This document shows, piece after piece, positions 1 through 15,699 of a DNA stretch of 64,000 nt. Each line of letters begins with the position of its first letter. The first letter of the stretch is position 1. The notes under the pieces were generated by a model. The model was given only the letters and a program-made list of their open reading frames with translations, was not told the DNA's origin and made no database searches. The stretch is from Tubiluchus corallicola (Eukaryota > Animalia > Priapulida): the NCBI GenBank assembly GCA_030141605.1, contig JAQGDQ010000956.1:12579-76578 (forward strand), read 5' to 3'. The position numbers were made by a program, and so were the translations under genes.

Positions 1-573
1 TTGTAAGCTAAGCGAGCTTTCACTGCATTCCTCATCATTTCCACGTTAGCAAAACTCAAATTTCTTCGCAACCCCTTGAAACAACCTGTCGATCAGTAAA
101 TTTATTTGTCAACAGATGTCACCACGTGTCCTTGCATACTTCATGTCTGACTCTGATAATGGCAACCGACAATTACGACGATTTTCCGGCGCGATAAATA
201 CTTAGATTTCCTGAACTGGAAGCCAACTTAAGTCAGTGATACTTAAGTCTATGATGTGATAACCAAGATTTTTTGAAACCTAAAATAATAAACAATATTT
301 TAAAAACGTTATTTTTCCTTTTAAAGCTGTGGCTATGGCTATGACCAATTTGTTTCTGAGTTAGGTCCAGCGTTTAGGATAGGTTTCGACTCAAAAATGT
401 TGCTTTGGCTCACGAGCAAAGATTTTTGTTCGTCGATGAATGATAGTGTTAAGATGAAGGCATAATCTGATGCATTTCGTCTATGAATGTTTTAATATTT
501 TCAAATGTAATGGTAATTGTAGAACTGATTAGTAACTGTTTTGAATGGACTGTCACCAGTCAATGAATTTACT

Positions 574-576
<3 letters not shown>

Positions 577-634
<58 letters not shown>

Positions 635-657
635 AAGAGAGCGAGAAAGAGAGAAAA

Positions 658-689
<32 letters not shown>

Positions 690-775
690 GGAGAGAGTGA
701 GAAAGAGAGAGAAAGAGGGAGAGAAAGGGAGAGTGTGAGAAAGAGAGAAAAAGAGAAAGAGAGAGACAGAGAGCA
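577..775. repeat. (GA)n-rich microsatellite
   Basis: Direct reading. Confidence 0.95.
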
Positions 776-1732
776 AAAGATTGGAGTTAAAAAGAAAAAA
801 AACAGGAAGTCTTGCTAATATGGACTTGCTGCCATGTTGCAAAAACTCAGCTGATAAACAAATAAAAAAGCAATAATCAAAACATTTGCGCTATAAAAAA
901 CTTTTTTACTTCTTGTCTTTACCCGATGTTTTACATCAAGCAAAGAAGAGGAAAGATACAGTTAGTTTGCTCTGCGAGCTGGCGTCTTACCAACCTTCTC
1001 TTTCCATACAATGTAAATTATAGCAGAGCTGTCTCGACACAGTTGTCCAGAGAATTTTCGGCTCCTATCAGTAATTAATTCTGAAAAAATAGTTTGATTT
1101 GTTGTTCGACACATGTTTGGTTAAAGTCGGCACCGTTTGACATGGATGAACGCGTTTACCATGCATGCTCAGTAATAGGGAAGCTATTAATAAGGCTGGC
1201 AGGCTATCTGTTTAAAACTTACTACACGTATATATAAAACGTACGAATTGATTACGATAATATTTCTATCCTTAGTCCTCTGTACAGTGTTTTGTTTAAT
1301 GAAATTTATTCATCAGAAATTTAACAAAATTCAACGAAATTACGAAAAAGTTAAGAAATTAATTTTGACACGTACCAGATGACGTGACATTATTCTGTGA
1401 ATTTATTAGGGCATATTTAATATCCATTTATTAAATTTTATTTATTTAAAATTGATCAATTAATTTTTTGATTAACTTTTTTAAATTAACTTATGCGTAT
1501 TTTTATTGAAATTCCAAACTTAGTGATTAAGGCATACATAATAAACATTAAATCGATTTATTACAGTAAATAATTACTATTTAGTATAAATAATGAACTG
1601 ACACAAGGTTTATTTTTTGTTATAATTTTAAAACTAATGAATTAATATTTATTTAGTAAAATTAATCTTAAGTTTTCGTTGACAAATTGACAGTTTGTGA
1701 GTTTATGTATATATGTCAGCTTATGCATAAAA

Positions 1733-2050
<318 letters not shown>

Positions 2051-2643
2051 ATGTGTATCAGTTTAGTATAAAAAGTATTAAGGTGATATAATACGGAGCT
2101 GGCAATCTCAAAAAGTAAAAAAAATGTGAATTAGTTTCGGTTTTGTGCAAGGAAGCCTTCAGTTAGTAGTGAAAGAAAAAAGTTTTGTAAATTTGTACAT
2201 AAATTAAACATATATGTAGACCTATATGTGTATGTATGTACGTATGGCATATATTTCTGCTTACGTACTTAAAACTTACTAGTGTGTGAGTGTTCCCAAT
2301 ACGTGTAAATAAAAATATCGAAAACCCGCGTGTGTACAAAACTGTTGTAATAGGGTCTATCGTGTCAATGAATTCCCAAGTTTTAAAATATTTTCTCTCG
2401 GTTTTTGCCTGGCTTGAACAGTTTGTAAGTTTGAGGAAGTTGTCGGTGCCTCTTTGAGAAAGACAATTACGTCTCGACGAACCTTCGCCAAGTTCACCTT
2501 GTACATTAGCATTTTTATGTGCAAAATATGAAAATGTAATGGCGGCGCTGCGCTACGTGTGACTGCAAGGAATTTAAAGGGCTCGTGAGTAAAGTCAGCT
2601 GAATTTTTAGTTGAAGTAAAATTGCTAAAACTGCTAAACTTGG

Positions 2644-2947
2644 TTAAAGGAAAGCAGGATGATTTTTCATATACTACCCCATTTCAAGTACAGTAAAAAG
2701 TATATAGTTTAACACCAATAATACTGCAATAGCGCCTCTGATAATTAAATAATAGATTAAAATCTTAATAAACGGCGGGCGAGCCCAACTATTGATGACA
2801 TCACAAACTAACATAATTTTCAAAAGCAAAAATATTCCACGAGCGTGTTGCACGTGTTTGCGAAAACGAAAATTGAGAGTACAGTGCTACTGTAAGACAT
2901 TCTGTGTGTTGTACTAAAACTAGGCAAGTTTTACGACAAAAATTCAA
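2644..2947 (-). mobile_element. Kolobok-like non-autonomous element family K1, truncated copy (strand labels arbitrary)
   Basis: TTAA-AGGAAAGCAGGATGATTTTTCATATACTACCCC terminus; reverse-complement match to the right half of 5971-6588. Confidence 0.8.
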
Positions 2948-2949
2948 AA

Positions 2950-3037
2950 TTTTAAAGTCTTTCGTATGGCCCGAACGCGGTATTGAACTCATGCCCTCCC
3001 AGACGGAAAGCGGACGCGTTACTACTAGACTGTACCG
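2950..3037 (-). mobile_element. Head fragment of the same SINE family
   Basis: ttaaagtctttcgtatggcccg...cctcccagacggaaagcggacgc...actagac matches 4190-4272. Confidence 0.75.
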
Positions 3038-3199
3038 TTTAAAACTTACAAAAGTCTTTTGTAAAAATACAAAAACTTAAGTCCTTAATGACTTTCGTGG
3101 AATATAAATCAAAAATTCAATTGCACATTCTCGAATGGAAAACGCATTAGCTATTAATAACTGGGATAAACGTATATAATTTTAAAGCATATATCTATA

Positions 3200-3750
3200 T
3201 TACTGAAGCCAATTTTATTCAAACACAAGAAGCCAAAGTGGAAAATTGTTAATATAAAAAAATTCTATCAGCTTTCTAGTCATACTTTAGTCCAGTTTCA
3301 AATCAACATGATCATTACACAAGATATTCATTCGGAAACTATGTACTCCCTCTTCCAAATACAAATATAACGAAACAGTCATCAAAATATAATGCTATTA
3401 AAATACGGTCATCAATTCCGCGTGAAATGAAAACTCTTAATCTTTATCAATTTAAAAAAACATCAAAAAATTACTTACTACAACGGTATAATTAACTCAC
3501 AATTTTACTCATCCTGATCTTAAGTTACTAACAAAACTTATTTTGTGCTAATGCAAATTATAACGGATGAAAATGCTATGCAATGTTAATTGTCAATTGT
3601 TCCAACTTATCTGGAGGAGGACTCGAAAGCTCAGTGCTCCTTCCTCCTCCTCACAGTAACTCGTTTAGTTTATAATTTTTTCTTTCAATGTAATAACAAT
3701 TTGTATATATGTTTGTGTTGCTGTGGAATAAATTCATAATTCATTCATTC
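3200..3750 (+). mobile_element. Non-LTR retrotransposon 3' fragment (CR1/L2-group-like)
   Basis: Translates HDHYTRYSFGNYVLPLPNTNITKQSSKYNAIKIRSSIPREMKTLNLYQFKK, typical of an ORF2 C-terminus; ends AATAAA + (TTCA)n. Confidence 0.65.
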
Positions 3751-3857
3751 GTCATCAATGCAACAAATCAAGATACAAGATATGTTATATATGTTAGGTT
3801 ATGTAATAAGTTATATTATTGAAATATACTGCGAGAGTTAATGTCAAATGTTAATTT

Positions 3858-4276
<419 letters not shown>

Positions 4277-4813
4277 TGTGGACAGTATACCATTGTCTGC
4301 AGAATTTAACAAGAATTTTTTATATTCTTATATAATGTTTAATTATGCATTATACATATAGTTGAATATATTATTTTAGTTGTGTTCTGAACTTTTGGAT
4401 AAAATTTTGGTAAACCTATGTATTCAGATATTCTGTATTTTGGGGGGTTGTCTAGGGAGGATCTTATTTATTATAATGAGGCGGTTGCTTAAATATTTAA
4501 TAGAAACTTTCGCTGCCTTTACGCTTCGGAGGACCATAAAGTCTAGCAAAGCTTTTAAAGCGCTGCACTATTTAGACGCATAAACCAATTTGTGACTGTT
4601 AATTATTAAAACGTAATTATATTCATTGCGTTATTTTGCGCGCATAATAAAAATGGTGTTTTGTTTCCTGTTTTTGTTTTAATTCTGTTTTTTTAATTTT
4701 ATTGCTACGTTTCCTGCGAAATTATTAAACTGTGAAGTCATAAGTCATTTATATATAACAATTTATGTAAAACAATAGTACACCTGCAAAGTACAATTTT
4801 ATTTGCTTTATAA

Positions 4814-5268
4814 TTGTAAATGCTTTTCTATATAGATGTGTAAATGCTTTTATATGTAGACGCGTAAATGCCTTTATATGTAGATATGTAAATGCTTTTC
4901 TATATAGATATTTAAATGCTTTTCTATATAGATGTGTAAATGGTTTTCTATATAGATGTGTAAATGCTTTTATATATAGATATGTAAATGCTTTTCTATA
5001 TAGATGTGTAAATGTTTTTTTAAAATGTAGATGTGTAAGTGCTTTATATGTAGACGTGTAAATGCTTTTATATGTAGATATGTAAATGCTTTTCTATATA
5101 GATGTGTAAATGCTTTTATATGTAGATGTGTAAATGCTTTTCTATATAGATATGTAAATCCTTTTCTATATAGATGTATAAATGTTTTTTAAATGTAGAT
5201 GTGTAAATACTTTTCTATATAGATGTGTAAATGGTTTTATATGTAGATGTGTAAATGCTTTTATATAC
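4814..5268. repeat. 24-bp minisatellite, ~19 units
   Basis: tgtaaatgcttttctatatagatg at 4815, 4839, 4863 ... Confidence 0.9.
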
Positions 5269-5970
5269 TTATGCAAGTGTTTTTCTACTTACATGTGTAT
5301 CCTTTGAAGAAGAATGGACATTGAAAATGGGACGTCCAAGCATGAAGTGATCGCGACTTTAAAGTGATTTTACTAATTACATGAGACGCTTATTGCAGTT
5401 TTATTACTAAACCCTTCTAGCATTTTTTGCGATCAAATAAGTCAAACTGCCCAGAAGGCTTGGTATTTCGGTTAATCACAACGGAAAATGCTCATATGTA
5501 GTACTACATGTGTTGTTGGAGTGTGAATCGCCACACAGTTTATTGCATTTCTCAGTCGTAATAATCGAAATTGATCATAAATTAAAAGCGTATAAGATCA
5601 CAGAAAATTATATATGACCATTAAAATATCTTCTAGTAAAATAATGCTTAATAAATAGATAGTCTTAATGATTTACTGCAGAATGCTTGAAGCATTAAGA
5701 CTGGTAGGGTCTTCCCATTTTTTGCCAAGTCGACAAGGCATTGCTGTATATTATATACAGTACATAGCTTGACTATACGTTAGTTGTCATGTAATAAAAA
5801 TTTATGACTTCATGGTAGTGTACTTTAAGTGTTTAGGTTTTAAACTTGACGCGCTTTGTAAAATTAACACAGGAACAAATTTACCGAAACCTTGTTTACC
5901 TGCTATATTAGCGAGGCTTTAGCTAATACTGCAATAAATCTGAGTTTTTTTAATTTCTGATTTCTGATAC

Positions 5971-6588
5971 TTAAAGTAAAACCGGATCCAATCCTAAACT
6001 GTATTTCAGAACAATCTACTCTTTAAAATATTGAAAGGAAACATACTATTTTTTCATAAATGCCTTACGTGAAAGAATTATTACAACACAAACACAATTT
6101 CACGTTCGCGTCACTAGTTCTTCACTGTTACATGCATTTCGTCATTCGTTAGTTAGACGGGCACTAATGCCTGCATTTCGCAAACGCATTGCGCAAAAAA
6201 CAGGTGCTGTATCTCTCAGTTCAGATGTGTTAGTGTGTGACAAACTGCGCACGTTCGACAGTTCATAAGTGAGCACAGCGGTGAATTGGAAATTTGAATT
6301 TTTATCTTAAAACTTGCCTAGTTTTTGTACAACATACTAAATCCTCTTACAGTTACACTGTACTTCAATTTTCTGTTTCGTAAACACGCTCAAGGAATAT
6401 TTTTGCTGTTGAAAATTATATTAGTTTGTGACGTCATCAACAGTTGGACTGGCCTGCCATTGATTAAGATTTTAATCTATTACTTAATTATCAGAAATGC
6501 TTTTGCAGTATTATTGGCGTTAAAATGTATTCTTTTTCCGTACTTGAAAATGGGGTAGTATATGAAAAATCATCCTGTCTTCCTTTAA
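5971..6588 (+). mobile_element. Kolobok-like element K1, full-length (~615 bp)
   Basis: TTAA|AGTAAAAC ... GTCTTCCT|TTAA: TTAA on both sides, AG...CT termini with short imperfect TIR; homologous to eight other loci in the window. Confidence 0.85.
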
Positions 6589-7049
6589 ATGTCTTTACCC
6601 TGTTTTAAGTGCTTGTTGTCATTATAGTATTAAAATACTAAGATGTTATAAAACAGCAGGTCATTGTCATTCTATATTGTGTCCTGTTTTTAGCCTCTTA
6701 AGAAAATATATTTTAGTATCTAATAACTCTTACATGAAAAGAATTTTTGGTCTTACAATAAAACTTCTGCCAGAAAAGTAAAAAAAAAAAACAGAATTTA
6801 TTCAGCAGTCCACAAGAAAAAGGAAAGACTATATTTGTAGTTGAATGCAAAACTTTATTGCACTACATAATTACTTTTATCCAAAATATTTAAAAATCAA
6901 ATTTTACTAAAACCGCCTAAAGATGACACCACTGCTGCACTTTATTTTTTCTTTCCTTGTCACTACGTTGCCAGAGCGAATCCATGTGGGTATATTACTA
7001 TTACACAATTATATAATAACATAATACTATGATTTTATAACATAATGCT

Positions 7050-7400
7050 ATCCAATATAATATTCATCTGCCTCCCCAAATCTCACTGATGTGTTAGAAG
7101 CAGTTCAAAAACGCCCACTGAAAAATATTTTTCCCAATGAAAACTAAGTAGATTTTTCTAATTTTAGCTAATCTTCAATCTTTATTTAATCGCCACGAAA
7201 ATTCGTGCAAAAAGTTATTCTCATCAATTCGAAATCCTAATAACAAAATCCACACTCTATTGCCAGATGCCCAAACTCATAGATACAGCACTCGCCACTA
7301 TTTGAAATGCCCCTTACCTGGATACAGAACAGAGAGGAACAGAACAGAACAGAATAGATCTTACCTGGATTCAAGAACATGGCTCATTTAATTTCCAAAC
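7050..7400 (+). mobile_element. Non-LTR retrotransposon ORF2 C-terminal relic
   Basis: LTDVLEAVQKRPLKNIFP ... NPNNKIHTLLP...HRYSTR...LPGYRTER, with frame disruptions. Confidence 0.65.
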
Positions 7401-7556
7401 CAAAGTTATGACTCATTTTAACTTATTTTGTTCGTGTATCTTGTAGCAGTGTTGTGGTGATTGTTGCTGTACGTTCTATCTTGCTTATTCTTCTATAAAT
7501 TTTCATATTTTGTAATTTTATGCTGTACTGTTGTGTTTTGTTTCTCTCGGAAGGCT

Positions 7557-7896
7557 CGTAGAGAAAACCAGAAAACACTTCGACAAATTAAACTAGTTTA
7601 TTAAGCGAGAATTCTACAACACAAAAGTATGAAGGAACGTGAAATGATTACAGTAAACGTGAAAATCTGGAAAACGTTTAAGTGTATCTGAAAATACAAG
7701 TATACAAGAGAATGTGTAAGTGGTGTCCGTGTGAATCAGCGTGTGTCTCTGTCAGCGGCCTGCTTCGCCTTATATAGGGTGCCAGGGAACATTTTAGACG
7801 TTTCTTTCCAGAACATTCTACAAGGTAAGACGATTATTCTAACGGAGCATTCTACAATGTTCTATGTAGTTCTAATAGATGCCAGCGATCTCCACA
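7557..7896 (-). mobile_element. Probable solo LTR (~340 bp)
   Basis: Minus strand begins TGTGGAGA, contains CCTATATAAGG then AATAAA, and ends TCTCTACG (imperfect inverted end); no TSD seen. Confidence 0.5.
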
Positions 7897-8497
7897 ACAG
7901 ATTGTAATGATGATAAGTAAACTTTATGCTATACTTATATAATTAAAAAAATCGTATGCAATTATGCAAGTTACATACATATCATTGTAAAATATCACCT
8001 ATACAGCTTTGAAAAGCAGAGATAAACAAATATGTAGTCTCTCCTGTGATCATAGAGCGGTGAGACTCTCTGTTCTATAGGTAAATAAATCAGTATGATG
8101 CTTTATAACTGGCGGGGCGGTGAAGTATATAGGCGTGTAAAATGGACCATAACATGTTTAAAGTTTATGCTACTGATGCCTGTATAATCGACATTATAAA
8201 CCGTTTAAAGTCATATAATGATATGATACTCGCGCTGTGTACATACTGAGTCATTAAAAATAGGTTTAGGTTAAAAAGGGATTGTGCCCAATCAATTAAA
8301 GGAAAAGACAAGTCACTTTGGGTTTGTTTTACTGTTATCACTTAAATTTATAACAAAGAAATTTGCAAAAACCTGTCGGTAAAGTATAAAGATAATTTAG
8401 AAATTATAGAAATTCTCATACGTGGTGGTAGCCGCCATTTCCTTGAATATATGACTATCTATACGCCTGCCTTTTGCATAAATGCTACGCTAGAACG

Positions 8498-8887
<390 letters not shown>

Positions 8888-9291
8888 TGACAAGCAGGTA
8901 ATGTCAAACCATTTACACACACAGATCGAGAAAAAATGATGTCACCATTTTTCATCCTTTCGCACCAACTGGTAAATATCTCCGACTCAGCTTCCCAGCG
9001 TGCACCACTGGTTCACAAAAAATACATTATATCGATATTGCTAACAATAAAAAGTGACACTTTTTGGCGCATGCTGGAGCAGTGAAACAGGGACATCTTA
9101 CCATGTGGCACGAACATTTAAATTATTAAGATTTCTTTATACTTACATCAGCCTTTCAAACAGGTAAGCGTAGTGCAAAGTAATACAACTCTGTATTGAA
9201 AATTTTTTGAGACGTACTTTAAAATTGTATTTTGTTTCACTATAATTAAGTTGTGTAAACTCTATACTCGGAACTGTGTCGCTACACACGC

Positions 9292-9720
9292 TTAAAGGAA
9301 GACAGGATGATCCCCATTTTCAAGTCCCATAAAAAGTATGCATTTTAACGCAATTAATACTGGAAGAGCGTTTCTGATAATTAAACAATAGATTAAAATC
9401 ATAGTTAACATAATCATAGTTAAAATCTGTGCTCACGCAGGAGCTGTCGAACGTGTGTAGTTCGTCACAAGCCAGCACATCTGAACTGAGAGGTACAGCA
9501 CCTGTTTTTTGTGCAATGCACTTCCCAAATTTAGGCGCTAGTGAATGGCGAAGCGCATGTAACAGCGAAGAACTAGTGGCGCAAACGCGAAATTGCGTTT
9601 GTGTGGTAATAAATCTTTCACGTAAGTCATTTTTGAAAAAAAATAGTATGTTTTTTTCGGTGTTTTGAGGAGCAGATTGTTCTGGCCTGCAGTTTAAGAT
9701 TGGGCCAGATTTTGCTTTAA
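9292..9720 (-). mobile_element. Kolobok-like element K1, internally deleted copy
   Basis: TTAA|AGGAAGACAGGATG ... TTTTGCT|TTAA; lacks about 190 bp of the internal sequence. Confidence 0.85.
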
Positions 9721-10003
9721 ACGGCGGCGCTATGTACGTGTTTTGATTAATTCTCTGTCTTTCGTCTGTGACTGAAAAGCCAAATAAACCCCGAAGAGAC
9801 AACAAATGCCATACCCTTCTCTGAGCATTTTACGATTATTTGTAATGTGACTACGTACTTTAGGAATTGACGAATTCAACTTGGGTTTATGAGGTACTTA
9901 TCACACTAGCGATGCTTTTATACACTTTGGTCAAATTGTGCGCGAAGACGTGCCAAGGTAAACGAATTCTAGCCTGTAGAAAACAAACAGAACATCTAAG
10001 CTG

Positions 10004-10290
10004 AGCTGGGGGTGGTAAAGCTTTCTTTTAAGCAATTAAGAAAAATTGGGAGACTCTTAAGCTGAAAAATTGGATTTTTGCTGGGAAGTTTATATTTTCA
10101 TCTTTGGATATGAGAGATATAATTAGTGACGGAAGCATAAATAATCACGAATTCCCATAAGCTGGGGGTGGTAAAGCTTTCTTTTAAGCAATTAAGAAAA
10201 ATTGGGAGACTTTTAAGCTGAAAAATTGGATTTTTGCTAGGAAGTTTGCATTTTCGTCTTTGGATATGAGAGATATAATTAGTGAAGGAA
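10004..10290. repeat. 156-bp tandem duplication (~1.8 units)
   Basis: agctgggggtggtaaagcttt at 10004 and 10160. Confidence 0.85.
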
Positions 10291-11145
10291 TCATTTATGA
10301 ATGTGAAATTTTCGTAAATATTGTAAAGGAACAATCGTTTAAATTCACAAATAATTCCATAAATAATGTTGCAAATATTAGTCCGCATAAATATTTCGCC
10401 TTCTTGTCTTTGGGCAAAACATTATTGTAAGGTTTAATTGCAAAGTGTCCTAAAGTGAATGAAAATTATGTGAATTGTCATACTGTAAATAAAGAACGGA
10501 AGGTAATTTGATACTTTAACAGGGGAGAAGCGCTGAAGGTTCGAAGTTCCTAAATTACCCTCTCTTTCATAACAAAATCCGAAAAAGTTTGAGTAAAAAG
10601 AGAAACATAATTATATGCAGAATACCGTACTTACTTGTGCTTTAAATTTTAAAAAAGGAGAAACAGTTATTTGAAATGATAACATATATATTTTACGATA
10701 TTTACAAACACAAACAACGTTAATAACAGTACAACGAACGAACAATAATAATTAACGTGAGCATAAACTTTGTTCAAAACTAATTTATTACTAAACCGTC
10801 TAACGAGGATATTGTTCTGTGTTCTCTAAGACACGGTATCTACACATTACCAATGATTTAGTTTGGCAGAAGCTTTTATGACATTCGATATTCATGATAT
10901 CTAAAAATAGGTTTAAGTTTAAGATCACGTATGCAAGGTCAAAACTACCCATGAACGCGGCTTCGGCAAGTGTTTGAAATCGCTAATGTTTCACACTTGC
11001 CACAGTCCGTGACACATTCTTTGTTTTTCATAACCTTTGACCTTCATCCAATTCAAAAGTTTAACGAAATAAACAATGTTATGACGTGTTTTTGTTAAAA
11101 TCTTTCTTACAAAGAGAGGGATTGTAAATAACTTTTCAAATAAAG

Positions 11146-11147
<2 letters not shown>

Positions 11148-11190
<43 letters not shown>

Positions 11191-11246
11191 TATTATTATT
11201 ATTATTGCTATTGCTATTATTATTATTATTATCATTATTATTGTTA

Positions 11247-11337
<91 letters not shown>
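11148..11337. repeat. (TAT)n microsatellite
   Basis: Direct reading. Confidence 0.95.
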
Positions 11338-11339
<2 letters not shown>

Positions 11340-13467
11340 TCGTCTAAAAATTTTAGCGGTGTCTTCGAAATAGCAGAACAATAGATTAGATTAGATTAGA
11401 CTAAACTTTATTGATTAACATTTATTAATTCGAAGAAAACTTTGTTTAGCTTCAGACAGTTTAGTGACTTTACATTACTGGAACAGACAGAGAAAAATGA
11501 TTCAATTCAATACTATATAATAAATTAATTTACAAAGTAGTTAATACTTCAAAAAAAACTAAATTAAAACCTAAACTAAATTGTTTATTTCATATTCAGG
11601 CTACATATGCAATTCAGTAAACGTACAAAAGCAACCCTAAATCAGGGAATCTGAAAAAGTTTTGCCTCTCCACTGGGAATCGAACCCACAGCCTTCAGCA
11701 AACAATGTTAAAGACACACGTATTTAACAGACACTTCAATATGGTTTCTATCATCAGCCTGTATGTTTCTGCACCTGGATAATTATTTTCACTTTTTTCC
11801 AATTAGTTACCATGTTTATTTGTGTAAGATTACATTTTCGTCACCTGACGTCTGGCTGTACGGATGCTGCAATTTTTCATCATCCCCATCACTCGATGAT
11901 GATGACATAACAGTTACTGCTTCTCAGTAAATTAAGCACCTGTCTGATGGTAGAGGCAAAATTGCACATGAGGGAATCGTGGTTGAGGCGCGCTATTGTT
12001 TTGACATAATTATGATGAGATGTTTTATTCTCATTTTCACACGGCAGCTGCCCACTACTGAAGGCCAAGTGGCGGTGGGGTGGTGTGGGGTGGTGTGGGG
12101 GTTGTGTTATTTAGCTTATGTGTGTCTTGTTTGGAATTTGTTTGTTATTTTGCTGTCTCTGAAGTGTGTTTATTAGACAATGTGGTGGAAATTATGTTTA
12201 GATTTTTAAACTTGATAAATTTTAGACTAAGCAATAATTTATTTTAGCAGTAAGGTGTTCACAGGTTATGTTTCCGTGCAAATTATTGACTTTAGATAAA
12301 TGTTGTCTTTTCTTATAATCCGTAATGGTTTATGAATATGTTTTTGCTGATAAGCAGTTTCTAGTTAAACACTGCTGTATGTTTTAATTGGTTTTAAACT
12401 GTGATGTTATTATGCGTATTGGTTACTGTGTCACAAATTACGTTTTTTATGTGTTTTTGTATCATTTGAATTTGTATTATGTAATTTGTATGTATTGTTT
12501 AATGTTTGACATCCGTTTGTTATGCGTGGATTAGTCTTACATTGAAATATTTGTATTTGATGTCTCTTTTATTCGTATTTTGTTTTTAACACTATAGCAA
12601 GTAGCTATTTTTAGCTGGTTATAAGTCATTATTTTACTTGTATATACGATACTTGTGTATGTATAACAATAGAAATAAAGAATTTTACGTGTATATATGT
12701 ATATTATATTATAATATACTATATAATATATACTGTATGTATTATATATAGTATATAACACAGTATATATTATATGTACTGAAGTACACTGAAGAAAATG
12801 TACTGGCACCTTTTTTAATTCTACAGTTTGAAAATTTCCTTCCGATGTTAGAAACCCAAGCTGACAGTTTGCAGGGCGTGGTGCTAAAATGATGAACTCT
12901 TTGTTTGGCTTCAGTTATTTTGCTTAGTACTTGTACTGGCTTCCTTGTCGTAATGTATTGTTGCACGTATTTTGCTGAATCTGGTTTCAGCGTGTCTGAG
13001 TCATTTTTTTCTTCCTCTTTTTTTCACCATCCTGTTTTCCTTGAACCCTCGGATGCTGTAACTTTGTAGTTTTCGTCAAAATCGACCAATTGCCCTTCAC
13101 TTTCGCATCAGGCAACATTGTAACACGGAATGATTAAACGTAGGAAAAATTAGTTTATAGCAAATTCGTGATTTTTGTTTTTAGGAGATTTAATACGCGG
13201 TTGCCATGGAAACATGCTAATGCTGTGATTGGGATGCGATGTTAGGGAGATTCTAATTAGGAAAAATGTTCGAATCTAATATCTTCGTCGAGATTTATTC
13301 ATGAATATCATTAATACGCATTTAAATATGCATGAGAGATTCATGTGTTTCAGTTACGAGCTTTTTGAGCTGAGTGACTTTATGTCGGTGGTGGAAAAAT
13401 CAGTAAATCTTTTTCTTGGATATCATAATAATATCATAGGTCAGGGTGTTAACTGATGGAGAAGTGG

Positions 13468-13469
<2 letters not shown>

Positions 13470-13524
<55 letters not shown>

Positions 13525-13600
13525 GTTATTATTATTATTATTATTATGATTTTTATTATTAATATTATTATTAATATTATTATTATTATTATCATTATAA
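13470..13600. repeat. (TAT)n microsatellite
   Basis: Direct reading. Confidence 0.9.
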
Positions 13601-14002
13601 TAATTCTTTATTTTTAAAAACTATGTACAGAATACATTCCCTCTATTTGTGGGATATGTTTAAAATTTCTAAAAGCATTTACAACGTATTAAACCTATTC
13701 ACATATATATATAATTTAGAATCCAACGCATGAGACACATTGAACGACAACGATCATATACAATAGACATAATTACAAATTATAATCCAACACTACATAC
13801 ATACATAATAAAAGATAACGAACATATTTTAATACTTAGTAACAAAAATTTACACGCATTATACGCAATGAAAAACAGCGAGTACAATTATAATAAACAT
13901 AATTACCAAATTTTATTGCAAATTCACATAATCATAAATAAAAACAAAACAGCTTATAGAAAACACGACGAGAGTTGTAAAATTTCATCACCAACAGACT
14001 GT

Positions 14003-14383
14003 TTATATACGGGCGAAAGACGATAGGAATTCATCCGAGATAAGATTTGCAAAAGCATTTATAGCATTATTATCTCGGCTAGAGATAACATAGTCCGAAT
14101 CTAACGTAGGCAAAGTGCTAATAAAATCATTGGCTTGGTTTTTTAATGTACATTCAAATAATAAATGATGTACAGACTGAGGGCTTAATAAGCAGTTACA
14201 TGTGCTATTAGGAGCCTGCCCAATTCTGTACAAAAATTCCTTAAAATTTCCCTGTATAAGTAATAATTTTAAGGAATTTAAGAAGTGGTAAAAGTTTGCG
14301 GTTTTTAAAGTTGTTGCAATATCTAGCCCTATAAACATTTTTTTACTTAAACTGGAAAAGGGCAATTTTAAAATATGTTCCAC
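14003..14383 (-). mobile_element. Non-LTR retrotransposon ORF2 3' fragment with CCHC zinc knuckle
   Basis: QGNFKEFLYRIGQAPNSTCNCLLSPQSVHHLLFEC (C-x-C-x8-H-x4-C). Confidence 0.75.
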
Positions 14384-14994
14384 CCTAAAAACTTTTCATA
14401 CACAGTTATATTACATTGCATTACGTTTACTAATTTCAAAGAGTTATTGTGAATGCGCCCAGTCTAGGCAAAAATCAGCATTGAACTGTGGGATAGATCT
14501 GCAATTTATTAAAATAACAGATCACAAAGAGTGCTTTAAAACGTACTAATGTTTGATCTCTTGTTGTAGTTTACTAATGTAGATATCTTGTGGTATTTTG
14601 ATCATGAAAACCATGTATCATCGCTGTAAAAAAGGTACAGAAATAGAAAAATATCAGCAACATTCAAGAAACAATACTTTCTCTATATAGAATAGACACA
14701 ATGCATACAGCATTGTTTCTTGTAAAGTACCGAGATTGTTTTTATTTTTTGTACTTTTTTTACAATAATCATACATCGTAACATCAGCTTATGATGTTTG
14801 CCCAACGATGCTAAAACCTTTTACTAATTGATTGTACGTGTAATTGTACATTGAATTGTAAGCTGAATTATTTAAACTTTTGAATTAAACACCAGTTATC
14901 GAGCAATCATACTTTTGTGTAACTAATAGGACGATGTACATTGATAATTGTTTCTGGTATCGCTTCTGTACTCTGTGAGCTTTGTATATTTCAA

Positions 14995-15646
<652 letters not shown>

Positions 15647-15679
15647 AAGGTTTACATAATTCAAAACCTTTTTTTACAA

Positions 15680-15699
15680 ATCCTAATTTTCTATTCCAG
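15680..15699 (+). promoter_or_regulatory. Branch point, polypyrimidine tract and 3' splice site of the Abd-B homeobox exon (phase 1)
   Basis: cctaat (branch-like) + tttctattcc + AG at 15698-15699, directly before the conserved NPLEWT frame. Confidence 0.85.

Noticed and set aside
9429-9668. Similar 79-85-aa ORFs at 9429 and 26442 suggesting a small gene family
   Set aside because: Both lie inside K1 MITE copies, start at non-ATG codons, and the frame is broken in other copies
11745-11765. Minus-strand CTGATGATAGAAAC as a hammerhead core
   Set aside because: No room for stem II and no flanking stems
11850-13070. Possible upstream Abd-B exon or transposase relics
   Set aside because: No sustained plus-strand ORF with a donor site and no motif I could assign with confidence
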